Below, one piece after another: positions 52,006 through 62,251 of a stretch of 64,000 bases of DNA. This DNA is from an uncultured Methanoregulaceae archaeon. Its GTDB lineage: Archaea > Halobacteriota > Methanomicrobia > Methanomicrobiales > Methanospirillaceae. The notes below the pieces were generated by a model, which ran no database searches, had not been told where the DNA came from, and saw only the letters and a list, made by a program, of their open reading frames with translations. How positions within the stretch are numbered: position 1 is the first letter of the stretch; each line of letters begins with the position of its first letter. The stretch covers positions 2,080,001 to 2,144,000 of the forward strand of contig CAVTTL010000001.1 in NCBI GenBank assembly GCA_963737635.1, written 5' to 3'. Both the position numbers and the translations under genes were made by a program.

Positions 52006-54011
52006 TGTCGAAGAAAGATGATCGAAATCCATTTGCAACGGATCGATGGGAAGATGAGCGGGATCATCTTTTTTGGCTACCTTCTTCGTTTGAAAAATTG
52101 GAAAGAAACAGATGTGTTTACTTAATTGGCACAAGAGGTGCTGGAAAAACTACGATTTTAAAAGCATTGGATTGGAACGAACGCTTGACAAATAAATCCC
52201 TACAAAATCAAATACGTGAAAAAAACGGGGAGGATCTTTTTTCGAAACATTTCGTTGGAATTTATATTGACGTTGGTAAGAAATATATCTTAAAGAATTT
52301 TTATTCGTGGTTAAAAAAAGAACATAGTTCTATTGATACAATCGTAGTAGAAAGAGGACGCCTATTTTCACTCTATATAGAATATCTTGCAATATTCAAT
52401 TTGATTGAGGCCATCGAAGGTTTAAGAAATGAAAAAATTATAAAATACTTACCCTCTCAAGAACAGCGCGTTATTAATACAATTTTGAAAGTTCGTCCTG
52501 AGATAAAGAATTTTATTAGAACAAATGGCGAATACTATATTTTAGAAGACATTAGACTCGCAATAAAGAAGATATACGAAAAAATTTGGAACGATTCGCA
52601 AATTACGGATAGTGGAACCTTAAGTAATGAATTACCTAATCTTCAAATTGGATTGGTTTTGGGGGAATTATCAAAACCGTTACTTGGACTTTGTAATACC
52701 AAAACAGAAAAATATATTGTGAAAGTATGTATAGACTCCGTTGAAAGTCTCGATCTCGAACTTATAAAATCATTGAACACACTTATTGCGACTCATGAAG
52801 AACATACAACATTTGTTTTCGCATCAACTCATGAGTTTATAGACACGGAAAGTACATTTGTTCCAGATCATCCACTGACTCAAGATGATCGAGATATAAT
52901 AACTTTAGAAAAATTTTATGATGAGTTTCTAACGTTTGTTGAAGGAGTCACAAGATTACGTTTCGAAAAAGTTTTAGAGCATTCTTCTTTCGATGTAGAA
53001 ATAAAAAAAATATTGGGGGATTATTCTCTTAATCGTTTATTAGATTATGAATTAAAGAAAACAATTTCTGTTGAATATCAAGATTTCGCGAAATCTGTAC
53101 AAAATGATTTTTCTAAAAAATGGAATCGTTTACTAAAAAGTGTTGGGAAAGAAGCTCCAAAAGATCCCCCGTATATCGAAGCATATCTAACTAAAAAATT
53201 GAATATTAATCTAGATAAATATTTCAACAAAATGAATGAGTTCTCAATTCTCCATTCTAGTCAATACAGAAAAAAACAAAGAAGTGCTATGTTATGCCTC
53301 TGTTATGATTCTGAATATCCAAGCAATTTATCCGTACCTTATGCAGGATATCGGATGGTACTCAATATGAGTGATTCAAACATTCGCGATTTTATTCGTC
53401 AGATGAGGAATATTTATGATGTATCAATTCACAAACGAGAAAAGTTTTTAGAGAATACTGTGCCGCTTGAGATTCAGAAAAAAGGAATACGAACAGCGAG
53501 TGAGGTAAAGTATTCCGAAATCGAAAGAGGTTCTTCATATGCAATTGAAATTAGTAATATGGTTCGAGTTTTAGGTAATATTACCCATATCCTCCAAACT
53601 ACTTCTCAAGACGCATTAAGAATCACGGAAAGAGGTACTTACATTATAGATTATCTTAAACTTCCAACCCAAGAAAAAAGAGAGAATTTGCACAAAATAA
53701 TTTTCACAGCAAGCGTAAATAAATATTATATAAATGTTGTTGATGTAATTTTAAATCCAAATGATCGATCTATAGTCTCGCAAAAAATACGTTTACATAG
53801 ACTTTTCGCTCCTCTCTTTGATTTCTCATATATTTCAACAAATACAGGTCGAGAATATGAAATGGAAATTAACCCAAATGATCTGTTGGAAATATGTGAC
53901 ACTCCGCTTAAAGAAGATTTTAGAGAAATTGCTGACAGAATGTCAAAACGAATTACTCCAGGAGTAAATGGGGGGCAAAAAACTTTGTTAAATTGGCATA
54001 CTAATGACTGA
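52005..54011 (+). CDS. ORC/CDC6- or STAND-like P-loop ATPase
   Basis: NPFA..R.E, Walker A GTRGAGKTT, Walker B-like VCIDSVE, SDSNIRDFI; TAATG coupling to the upstream gene. Confidence 0.8.
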   Translation: MSKKDDRNPFATDRWEDERDHLFWLPSSFEKLERNRCVYLIGTRGAGKTTILKALDWNERLTNKSLQNQIREKNGEDLFSKHFVGIYIDVGKKYILKNFYSWLKKEHSSIDTIVVERGRLFSLYIEYLAIFNLIEAIEGLRNEKIIKYLPSQEQRVINTILKVRPEIKNFIRTNGEYYILEDIRLAIKKIYEKIWNDSQITDSGTLSNELPNLQIGLVLGELSKPLLGLCNTKTEKYIVKVCIDSVESLDLELIKSLNTLIATHEEHTTFVFASTHEFIDTESTFVPDHPLTQDDRDIITLEKFYDEFLTFVEGVTRLRFEKVLEHSSFDVEIKKILGDYSLNRLLDYELKKTISVEYQDFAKSVQNDFSKKWNRLLKSVGKEAPKDPPYIEAYLTKKLNINLDKYFNKMNEFSILHSSQYRKKQRSAMLCLCYDSEYPSNLSVPYAGYRMVLNMSDSNIRDFIRQMRNIYDVSIHKREKFLENTVPLEIQKKGIRTASEVKYSEIERGSSYAIEISNMVRVLGNITHILQTTSQDALRITERGTYIIDYLKLPTQEKRENLHKIIFTASVNKYYINVVDVILNPNDRSIVSQKIRLHRLFAPLFDFSYISTNTGREYEMEINPNDLLEICDTPLKEDFREIADRMSKRITPGVNGGQKTLLNWHTND

Positions 54012-55043
54012 ATTCTTTGAAGGTTATCTTTACGGTAGATCGAAATCTTTTGATAAGGGGATATCGATAGATGGATTTTTTGATTTGTTTATTTTTACGG
54101 CAGGATGGGAAGAACGCTGTACAAAAATTATCAGTCATAACTCCGATGAATTTTCATTTGATGAAGCTATAGTCTTATCGTTCATAAACTCAGGGAGAAA
54201 GGGCTGGAATATTAATTATTATAAGAAGATTCTGAGATTTATAAAAATCAATAAAAAAAAGAGGCATTCCCTAATTGTATTAGACGCATTAGTACCGAAT
54301 TTTGAGGGTCTAAAAGATATTTCTAAATTATTCGAAATAATTAAAACGAAACAGCAACAATTGAAAAGACCAATTGAACTTGGATTTGACATCTCCAGTT
54401 GTCCAAGAGTTGTTTTTTTACAAATATTGCATTACTGCATAGAGAATGATTTAACTAAAAGTATCTCTTTTTTTTATGCAGAAGGAATTTACGATTTCGA
54501 TGTTGCGCGTGATGAAGTATTTGTAGCCGGTGATTGGGATACAATTGCTATTCCAGGGTATGGTGGAAAAAATATCAATCTCCAAAAAAAAGATTATTTT
54601 ATTTTATCTTTTGGATTTGAACAAAAAGGATATCTTGGATGGGTCGAAGAATGTGATACATTAGCTAAAGTGGGGGTTCTTTTTCCGCACCCACCGTATA
54701 TCCCCAAATATGATAAGATCGGGAAAGCGAGATTAAAGGAGTTTAATAAAAGACTTGGATTAGACGACGAAAATGAAAAATTTTCGTTCGAGACAGCTAC
54801 ACTGGTGATGCCATCGAAGCTTGGAAAAAATTTGATTCGCTATTAAAGTCTAAGAAAGATTATAATGTCACATTTCTTCCGTATGGTCCGAAACCTCACT
54901 CGCTTGCAATGGGTCTCCGTTGTCTATTAAATGAAAATTTTGTTTTGATCTACCGAATATCTAGTAAAGGATATCATGAAATTGATGTCAAACCTTTAGG
55001 AAAACTTTGGCAATATGAAATTAGAAATTTAGCACTTTTTTAG
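54004..55043 (+). CDS. Uncharacterised alpha/beta protein, putatively tandem CARF-like Rossmann (frameshift near 54780)
   Basis: AGWEER, FDISSCPR, FFYAEGIY, LSFGFE. Adding one A at GAAAAA continues IFVRDSY...FLPYGPKPHSLAMGL...IYR to TAG at 55043. Confidence 0.72.
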
Positions 55044-55379
55044 TCTTTATAGATCGCTTCTATTTGATAGGTCTTTCCGATTTAATACCCGTACGAGGCA
55101 CCAGATGGGTTCCATCGACCCGAAAAAACAGAAAAATCCGCTACCTTCTCACGCAGTTGCACCTACCGAGGGAAACGTTACTCGTGAAGAGCTCACGAGG
55201 CCGGAGCAGAAGCAGCCGATCTCTTTCATAAATCTGGACACGATTATGCGAGAAGTCGCATCCTCTCATTTTTTGGACAATGCCTCGGGCCAAAAATCAT
55301 GGCAGATGCTCTCCACCAGCGCGAGGGACGGGATCTTTTGAAAGACGTTAAATTCGTAAAGTTTCGAATTCCGTATCGT

Positions 55380-55613
55380 ATGTCAGGTACATCTCCCTCT
55401 TCACAGGAAATCATATACAATATCTTGGTAGTGTTGGCTTGCGGCATGACTATTATCGATCTCTACTACAGCTACCAGTGCTTAACGACGACGTTCGGGA
55501 CGTGTACTCTGGAATCGGGTTCATATGTATTTCCTGCAATCTTCCTCGTGACAGCGCTTTTCAGCGGATACCGCCTCCTCTCTCTCCGCCGGATGAGGTT
55601 GAACGTTCCCTGA
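55380..55613 (+). CDS. Small two-TM hypothetical protein
   Basis: 77-aa ORF with two hydrophobic segments. Confidence 0.45.
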   Translation: MSGTSPSSQEIIYNILVVLACGMTIIDLYYSYQCLTTTFGTCTLESGSYVFPAIFLVTALFSGYRLLSLRRMRLNVP

Positions 55614-55653
55614 CGGGATAAGAAAGACAGTTCTGTTGGACATGAGGGTCCGG

Positions 55654-58600
55654 TCACCTCCCTCTCTCAGTATTTTTCAGACGGAAGATAAACTCCGTTC
55701 CCTTATCCGAGTGGACTTCGATCTCCGCAATGAGTTGATGGCGGGCAAGGAAGTTCACCAACTTAAGGCCCAGTGATTTTGATTTCAGGGGATCGAATCC
55801 TTCCCGGAATCCGCAGCCATTATCGGAAACTCTCAACACATCCATGCCATCTTCCTTGGCAAACGAGACCCGAATCGAACATGGAACTCCACGTACCGCC
55901 ATACAGTCAAACTCCGGCGGGAATGCGTACTTGAATGAGTTGGTCACCAGTTCGTTAATGATCAGGCCGGCCGTTGTTGCCCGGTCGATACTCAGGGTTC
56001 CATCAACGTCGACAAATACGTTAATGTCAGAACGTATTCCGTAAGACTGGGCAATCTGGTCGACGAGATTTTTCAGGTAGATGCTCATATCCACATTTGA
56101 AAATTTCCCGGTCCGGTATAACGTCTCATGAATTAATGCCATGCTCCGGGCACGGTTCTGAAGGTCATTCCGGAGTGCCCTCCCACTTTCTGTATCCTCA
56201 TACGAACTATCGAGGCTGAGTAACGAAATGAACGCGGTCAGGTTGTTTTTGACACGGTGGTGGATCTCGGAGAGAAGAACCTCTTTCTCTGAAAGAGCCT
56301 CTTTTAGGTTTTCTTCGGCCAGCTTGTGATCGGTGATGTCCCGGATTGAGCCGTCCCGATAGAGCGGTCGACCCGAAGCATCCCTGAACAGGGCCATGTG
56401 ATTGGAAAACCAGCGATAATTACCATTCTTCATCTGCCAACGATATTCTACTTCTCCTTTGCCGGTACTCTCCAGGGATTCCAGTGCCGATCGCATGGCA
56501 GAAATATCATCAGGATGGATCATCGATCTTGCCATTTTAGCATCCATTGCCAGGAACTCGTCGGAGGAAAAACCGGTTACCGTCTCGGCAGACGGACTGA
56601 TGTATTCGTACCTGCCGGTTTGCAGATTCTCGCGATAAATGAGATCCCTGGAATTGTCCAATACTGATCGGAATCGCTCCTTGCTCTCCCTGAGTGCCTT
56701 CTCTGCCTGTTTGTTTTCAGTGATATCGAAAAAGATAACAGCAAATTCCTTTGGTCCGGTCTTGTACGCCCTTACGTCGTACCATTTATCGAGAGGCCCG
56801 AACCTTTCCTCAAAGTGATATGACTCTCCGGTAAGAACGACATTTCCGTACCGTTCAAACCAGACCGGTTCGGCGTGAGGGAACAACTCTCGGGTTGTCC
56901 GCCCAACGACATCTTCTGCTTTAAGGTTGTTTATTCGTTCAAAAGCTGGGTTGACGGACAGGTATCGTAGGTCAATAGGCTTACCTGTTTCATCGAAGAT
57001 AATTTCATCGATGGAAAATCCTTCTGCCATTGTATTAAAAAGGGTTCTATACCGTTTCTCGCTCTCCCAGAGCGCTTCTTCCACCTTCTTGCGATCGGTG
57101 ATATCCCGGTGGATCCAAAGTCGTTCGAAAAGTTTTCCGCCAATAAAAATGGGAACATAATCCCGCAGCATAACCCGTTCATCTTGAAATGTAACCTCTT
57201 CCCCTAAAACAGGTTGACCCAAACGGACGATTTCCTTGATTCTCTTTACAGCCTTATCGGGGTTATCATACATATCCCGTATTTTTTCAATCATCTCAGT
57301 ATCAGAGATTCCGCGCAGATTAGTGGCAGATTCATTGAGTCCGAACATGTCACAAAAGCCCGAATTTGCAAATTCCACCTGACCCTCATCGGTAACCAGA
57401 AGAATTCCGTAATGCATATTTGAAAGGATTTGGTAAAACCGCCCGAGGGTGTTCTGTAGGATCTCTTCCATCGTCTTGCGCTCAGTGATGTCCCGGTTGG
57501 TTTCCAGCACCACATCGGTACCATCACTTTCATGGATGAGCTGGTGCCGGGTATTAACCACGATTTCCCGGCCGTCTTTTGTGTGGTGGAGGAGTTCTCC
57601 TTCCCAGAGGCCTTTTTCCCGGAGTTCTTTCTCAATCTGGTCCCATGGCTTTGGGTGAATGGTTGCCAGTATGGTATGGGTGATCCTGCCAAGCGCCTCC
57701 TCCTCGGTATAACCGTACAACAATTCAGCGCCACGGTTCCAGCTCTCGATTGCCCCACCTAATCGCCAGACAATAATGGCATCGTACGATTGCCTCAGGA
57801 GATCTGCCTGGCGACGCAGTATTTTGTCGGCCTGTTTGAGTTCTCCGAGGTTCCGGTTCAGCTCTTCCTGTGCCGCGGTAAGCTCCTCATTGAGTTCATT
57901 GAGTGCCTCGTTCTTCTTCCGGAGATCCAGTTCCGCCTGTTCACGGCCGGCGATCTCGCGCTCCAGGTCGGACTTTGTTGCGATGACCTTTTTCAGTTCA
58001 GAGGTCATCTGGTTGAACGAGCGGGAGAGATCAGAAATCTCATCGTCACCCTTCACGACAATCTCGTGATCGAGGTTGCCGGTGCCGATCATTCTTGCTC
58101 CTTCTTGTAAATCTGCGATCGATTTCAGCGTCCGCCGGTAATAGAAGAAGTAAACGGAGAGGAGGAGGGCCCCGAAGGTTCCCATCAGCACAAAGATCAG
58201 GAGCGTCCTCGCCATTTTCAGGCTGTCGGCTTCTGTCTGGAAGAGGCTCGCGAGCTGGTCTGCATCGAAGATCATCTCTTGGTTCTGGACCGCCATCCGG
58301 CTTTCTGAGATCTGGACATAGCTGTACTCTTCGGGGTTGCTTATCCGTACAGGACTCGACTCGATATTGTCAAAAACAGATTGGGTGGCCTTGAGATCTG
58401 ATGCCAGGTTGCCCACTAATAACTGCTGGCCCGGCTGGTCAATCGAAATGTTTGCAATGTCTCCGGAAACGGCGGCAAACTTCATAGTCCACTCGCTTTC
58501 CTGTTCAGGTGTTCGGTACAGGATATAATCGTTCGAGAGGTAGCCGAGCTCTCCAACGTCGAGGGCGATGGAATTAGCCGTATTTTCCTGGGCGATAAGG

Positions 58601-58701
58601 CGGTCCACCTGCTGATTGGTATTCAATACCAGGGCGAAAATAACGATGATAAGGAGAGCAAAGACGACGATGCCGGCAATCAGCTGGGTCCTTATTTTCA
58701 T
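55654..58701 (-). CDS. Membrane HAMP/multi-PAS histidine kinase (HisKA_2 type)
   Basis: Two TM helices, HAMP (DEISDLSRSFNQM), four PAS/PAC ending in DIT, EIHHRVKNNL, NELVTNSFKYAF, DNGCG, SLGLKLV. Confidence 0.93.
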   Translation of the reverse strand: MKIRTQLIAGIVVFALLIIVIFALVLNTNQQVDRLIAQENTANSIALDVGELGYLSNDYILYRTPEQESEWTMKFAAVSGDIANISIDQPGQQLLVGNLASDLKATQSVFDNIESSPVRISNPEEYSYVQISESRMAVQNQEMIFDADQLASLFQTEADSLKMARTLLIFVLMGTFGALLLSVYFFYYRRTLKSIADLQEGARMIGTGNLDHEIVVKGDDEISDLSRSFNQMTSELKKVIATKSDLEREIAGREQAELDLRKKNEALNELNEELTAAQEELNRNLGELKQADKILRRQADLLRQSYDAIIVWRLGGAIESWNRGAELLYGYTEEEALGRITHTILATIHPKPWDQIEKELREKGLWEGELLHHTKDGREIVVNTRHQLIHESDGTDVVLETNRDITERKTMEEILQNTLGRFYQILSNMHYGILLVTDEGQVEFANSGFCDMFGLNESATNLRGISDTEMIEKIRDMYDNPDKAVKRIKEIVRLGQPVLGEEVTFQDERVMLRDYVPIFIGGKLFERLWIHRDITDRKKVEEALWESEKRYRTLFNTMAEGFSIDEIIFDETGKPIDLRYLSVNPAFERINNLKAEDVVGRTTRELFPHAEPVWFERYGNVVLTGESYHFEERFGPLDKWYDVRAYKTGPKEFAVIFFDITENKQAEKALRESKERFRSVLDNSRDLIYRENLQTGRYEYISPSAETVTGFSSDEFLAMDAKMARSMIHPDDISAMRSALESLESTGKGEVEYRWQMKNGNYRWFSNHMALFRDASGRPLYRDGSIRDITDHKLAEENLKEALSEKEVLLSEIHHRVKNNLTAFISLLSLDSSYEDTESGRALRNDLQNRARSMALIHETLYRTGKFSNVDMSIYLKNLVDQIAQSYGIRSDINVFVDVDGTLSIDRATTAGLIINELVTNSFKYAFPPEFDCMAVRGVPCSIRVSFAKEDGMDVLRVSDNGCGFREGFDPLKSKSLGLKLVNFLARHQLIAEIEVHSDKGTEFIFRLKNTERGR

Positions 58702-58778
58702 GATCGGTTACCTACCAGCATCAGGATCTTTTTCACGGGTTCACCTGTTCATTGCACGACATCATCGCAAAAACCACA

Positions 58779-59774
58779 TCAATAGAGGTTCACCGATCCG
58801 GGACTGACCGTCTCTAAGCCATCCGTGTATAAGTACTGCCGAAAATCCGGCACTGCTGTCGCATTCGTCATGTTGTTTTCAATCATCCAGCGGGACTCGT
58901 CATCCATTGCAGAAATAAGTGATTGGTCGAGGGAGAGTGTGAATTGGTGCCCAGACCATTCGGAAGACAGGTATGGCTCACTCATATTCAGCCGTTTCTG
59001 AACAATGGCCTGTGATTCAGCCGGGTTGCTCTCTATGTACTGGTCTGCCCGCTCGAGTGAGATGAGAAGCCGTTTCATTTCATCAGGATGCCCGGCAATC
59101 CAATCGTTGTTGCCCGCAATGATTTCAAAGACCATCTGGCCGTTCTGTGCAGGCCACACGACGGCATTTGAACCGAGATTATCCAGGATTTCATCGGTAA
59201 ATGGCGGGGAGTTAATGACTGCATCGATGCTGCCATTTTCAATATCATCGATGCTTTGGTAAACGTCCACATTAACAATATCGACATCACGAATATTCAT
59301 GCCATTCAATTCAAGGAATCTTCCGAGATAGAACTCCGATGCTGTATTCATGGTAACCCCGATTCGTTTACCGCGAAGATCGGATATATTTGAAATGCCA
59401 TGATCCTTTCTCCCAATGATTACCATGTGCGTATATTTATCAAAAACAGCAATGCCGCTGATGTTCCTGGTATTATTAAGCGCACTGTTCGCAATTACAA
59501 ATTCAGATGGGGTCGAAAGATCGACTACGCCGTTCAACATCGCGTTCTCTGTATCAAGACCGGATGTATAATCCCGCAAGGTGACATTGAGACCGTTCTG
59601 CGAGAAGAAACCCTCTTTGTCAGCGATATACAAAGGCGCTCCCTGAACGCCGGTTTGAACGCCAATAGTCAGAGGCAGCATCGGGCCGGAAGGAGGGGTC
59701 GTCAGAGAAAATACGGCAAATCCTGCCACGAGGATTGCAATAATGATCAGGGACACAAGAATATATTTTCTCAT
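58779..59774 (-). CDS. NMT1/THI5 (SsuA-like) substrate-binding protein
   Basis: N-terminal anchor, YIA..GFF..NGL.V, ISDLRGKRIG. Confidence 0.85.
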   Translation of the reverse strand: MRKYILVSLIIIAILVAGFAVFSLTTPPSGPMLPLTIGVQTGVQGAPLYIADKEGFFSQNGLNVTLRDYTSGLDTENAMLNGVVDLSTPSEFVIANSALNNTRNISGIAVFDKYTHMVIIGRKDHGISNISDLRGKRIGVTMNTASEFYLGRFLELNGMNIRDVDIVNVDVYQSIDDIENGSIDAVINSPPFTDEILDNLGSNAVVWPAQNGQMVFEIIAGNNDWIAGHPDEMKRLLISLERADQYIESNPAESQAIVQKRLNMSEPYLSSEWSGHQFTLSLDQSLISAMDDESRWMIENNMTNATAVPDFRQYLYTDGLETVSPGSVNLY

Positions 59775-59868
59775 AACAGTGTTTTCCGTTACAGGTGGGG
59801 AGGTCTGGACAATAAATCGGGAATATCTGATGGTTGATTTTTGAAAATACATATATCTGGCGATTCTG

Positions 59869-59947
59869 GGCTCTGTAACGTCTGCGGATGGCACCATATT
59901 TTCTTCGACGAAGGCTTAATGCAACCACCCGAAGACTTGACGGAGCC
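59869..59947. mobile_element. 79-bp MITE-like element, copy 1
   Basis: Ends GGCTCTGTAACGTC...GACTTGACGGAGCC form imperfect TIRs; 66/79 identical (manual count) to 63480-63558. Confidence 0.7.
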
Positions 59948-60188
59948 TTTGCCGATTCCATCTGTCGAGCCTGTGACAAGTATAACCGGCTCTGTCGTGA
60001 AGGTGCATATTCGGGTGCAACAAAAAGAAATTATCGATGCGGCAAAGTGTCGCTGACGATACCATCACTCGCATCCCCTAATGATTATGATCTATGAGGT
60101 CTGGTGCGTTATCGGGATTTGATAAATTCATCTCGTCGTGATTTTTCATAAATGAGTATTGAAAGTCCCGCAAACGCACCAGAACCAG

Positions 60189-61079
60189 TTAGCAGAACTG
60201 CCACGCAAAGCCCTCTCCCGAGCGGGTCACACGCCCTGCCGAGGTCTCTGCGAAATGGGAGCTGAAGTACAGGGCATGCCGGTCCGCGAGGTAGTCCAGC
60301 GCCCACTTCCGTGAGGCACGGGCCTTTTCTGCATCTTCACAGTATACCGAGTTCCATTCAGGGCGGAAAATCTGAATGGGATGGTGCATGACATCCCCGC
60401 CAAAAAGAGCCTCATTTCCGCCAACAGTAAGGCCGACTGCCATCTGGCCGACGCTGTGCCCCGGTACGGGATACAGGGAAATTCCCTCAAGGAACTCTGC
60501 CCCGTCCGGTTCAACGATCTCGGCCTGACCTGCCTGGATCACCGGAAGAACACTGTCTTCGTAGATGATGAATTTGACACGGTTCTTCTTCGGGTAATTT
60601 TCCGGGTTGGAATAATGTCTCTGTTCGGCCTTTGAGAAAACGTATGTTGCATTAGGAAAGGTCGGCTCCCACACACCATCAACGAATTGGGTGTTCCACC
60701 CCACATGGTCCACGTGAAGGTGTGTTAAGATAACATAATCCACCATCTCCGGCGTCACACCAGCGGCTTTGAGCCGCTCCAAGTAAGGAGTTTTCAACCG
60801 GTTGAGCCGGGGCTGCCAGGTACGTTCCTTATCGTTTCCTGTCGCCGTGTCAATAAGAATCGTATGCTGCTTTGTCCGTAGCACCCAGGTATGGATACTC
60901 TGAATAACATGCGTACGGGTCACATCCATATTCCCGGGAACCAGCCATTGTTCATGTTCCTGAATAAATGACGGGTTCCACTGGGGATACAGGTATCCGG
61001 GAGTGTTTGAATCGAGAATAAGTTCGGGTACGCGGGTGACCGTCGCGTCACCCGCACGATATACGTGGTTTTGGTCCAT
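60189..61079 (-). CDS. MBL-fold metallo-hydrolase
   Basis: LIDTATG, THLHVDHVGWN, PGHSVG, GDVMH, HF. Confidence 0.9.
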   Translation of the reverse strand: MDQNHVYRAGDATVTRVPELILDSNTPGYLYPQWNPSFIQEHEQWLVPGNMDVTRTHVIQSIHTWVLRTKQHTILIDTATGNDKERTWQPRLNRLKTPYLERLKAAGVTPEMVDYVILTHLHVDHVGWNTQFVDGVWEPTFPNATYVFSKAEQRHYSNPENYPKKNRVKFIIYEDSVLPVIQAGQAEIVEPDGAEFLEGISLYPVPGHSVGQMAVGLTVGGNEALFGGDVMHHPIQIFRPEWNSVYCEDAEKARASRKWALDYLADRHALYFSSHFAETSAGRVTRSGEGFAWQFC

Positions 61080-61215
61080 AGTTCTTCCACCTTGCTGCCC
61101 GGGCCTCTTTCTTCCGAGCAGATTTACGTTTCTGTACCGGATTGTAGGCTCTATAGTATCAAAAGATGAGCAGTTTGCACAATAGTATATACTATTATTA
61201 ATGATACTATTGAAC

Positions 61216-61314
61216 ATGCAGAGATCTCCTCCTCTCGGGAAATGCCCGATCCAGATCTCGCTCTCCGTCATTGGCGGAAAGTGGAAGCCCATCATCCTCT
61301 GGTTCCTCAAGGAA
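61216..61314 (+). pseudogene. Truncated HxlR-family regulator
   Basis: CPIQISLSVIGGKWKPIILWFL is the HxlR N-terminus; similarity ends before the HTH. Confidence 0.78.
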
Positions 61315-61531
61315 GTGTGCGGACACATTCCGGGATGGCGCAGGAAAAAAGCAGGATTAAAACCTTCAAATAATATCCCATAACGATTTTTGCCCGGGCA
61401 CCGAGATTCGTCGGTCGGTTCTGTTGCGTCTGCAGTTGGTAATGGATTTTTCATCTCATATAAAGTTACATATCAACCGCAAACGCAACGAAAACCCCAT
61501 TACTTTGGTAGATGATTATTGAGTCGAAAAA

Positions 61532-62179
61532 TCAGAGTTCATCAATGGCCATTGCAGCTGCATTGATGATTTCCGTGATTTTGCGGATTTGTTCCGGTGT
61601 AACACTCTCGCGCGATACACGTGCTATCACGGCGCCGTGCAGTTTGTGGAAGGCTCCCATCATTTCCGGCGATCGGCCGCGTTGGAAACTTTTTCCCGCA
61701 TCTTCCAGCCGGTCAAAGAGCTCCTTCATGCGTTTTTCGTTGGCTTGGAGAAATTGCATTCCTTCCGGGGTCACCGAATAAACCTTCTTGGAGTTCTCTG
61801 ACGATGAGATGGTAAGCCCCTCTTCTTCAAGCATCGTCAGGGTTGGATAGACAACACCGGCACTTGGCGTATATCCACCTGCGAGACGTTGCTCCATGGT
61901 CTTGATGAGCTGGTATCCATAACTTGGCTGCTCCGCGAGCAGTTTAAGGACGACCAGTTTGAAGTCGCCGGCCTCAAATAAGCGTTCCCGCCCACCGCCA
62001 AAGCCACCCAGACCGCCAAAACCGCGGTACATCCGGGGGTCACCATGCATATGGTGCATCCGGTGACCAAAATCCTGATCGGGTCTCTCATGAGGCCCCA
62101 AGCCGAAACGGAGACCTCCGGAAAAACCGGGTTCGCCAGGGATGCATCCGTCATCCATGCCAAAAATGTGTTCAAACAT
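61532..62179 (-). CDS. PadR-family regulator (YqjI-like, His/Gly-rich N-terminus)
   Basis: LKLLAEQPSYGYQLIK, YTPSAGVVYPTLTMLEE, KKVYSVT.EG. Confidence 0.92.
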   Translation of the reverse strand: MFEHIFGMDDGCIPGEPGFSGGLRFGLGPHERPDQDFGHRMHHMHGDPRMYRGFGGLGGFGGGRERLFEAGDFKLVVLKLLAEQPSYGYQLIKTMEQRLAGGYTPSAGVVYPTLTMLEEEGLTISSSENSKKVYSVTPEGMQFLQANEKRMKELFDRLEDAGKSFQRGRSPEMMGAFHKLHGAVIARVSRESVTPEQIRKITEIINAAAMAIDEL

Positions 62180-62204
62180 TGTTTTCTCTCCTTAACGAGG
62201 ATAC

Positions 62205-62251
62205 AAGATGTATCTTAAGATATATCTTAAGCACCTCAAGATATATCTTGA
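62205..62251. promoter_or_regulatory. Triple AAGATATATCTT palindrome, probable PadR operator
   Basis: Perfect 16-bp palindromes at 62215-62230 and 62236-62251, plus a 1-mismatch copy at 62205-62216. Confidence 0.75.

Larger units (their letters stand above)
50431..55085. mobile_element. AT-rich genomic islet
   Basis: Abrupt compositional shift (about 30% GC by eye) beginning right after the last mre11 copy. No integrase visible. Confidence 0.75.
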
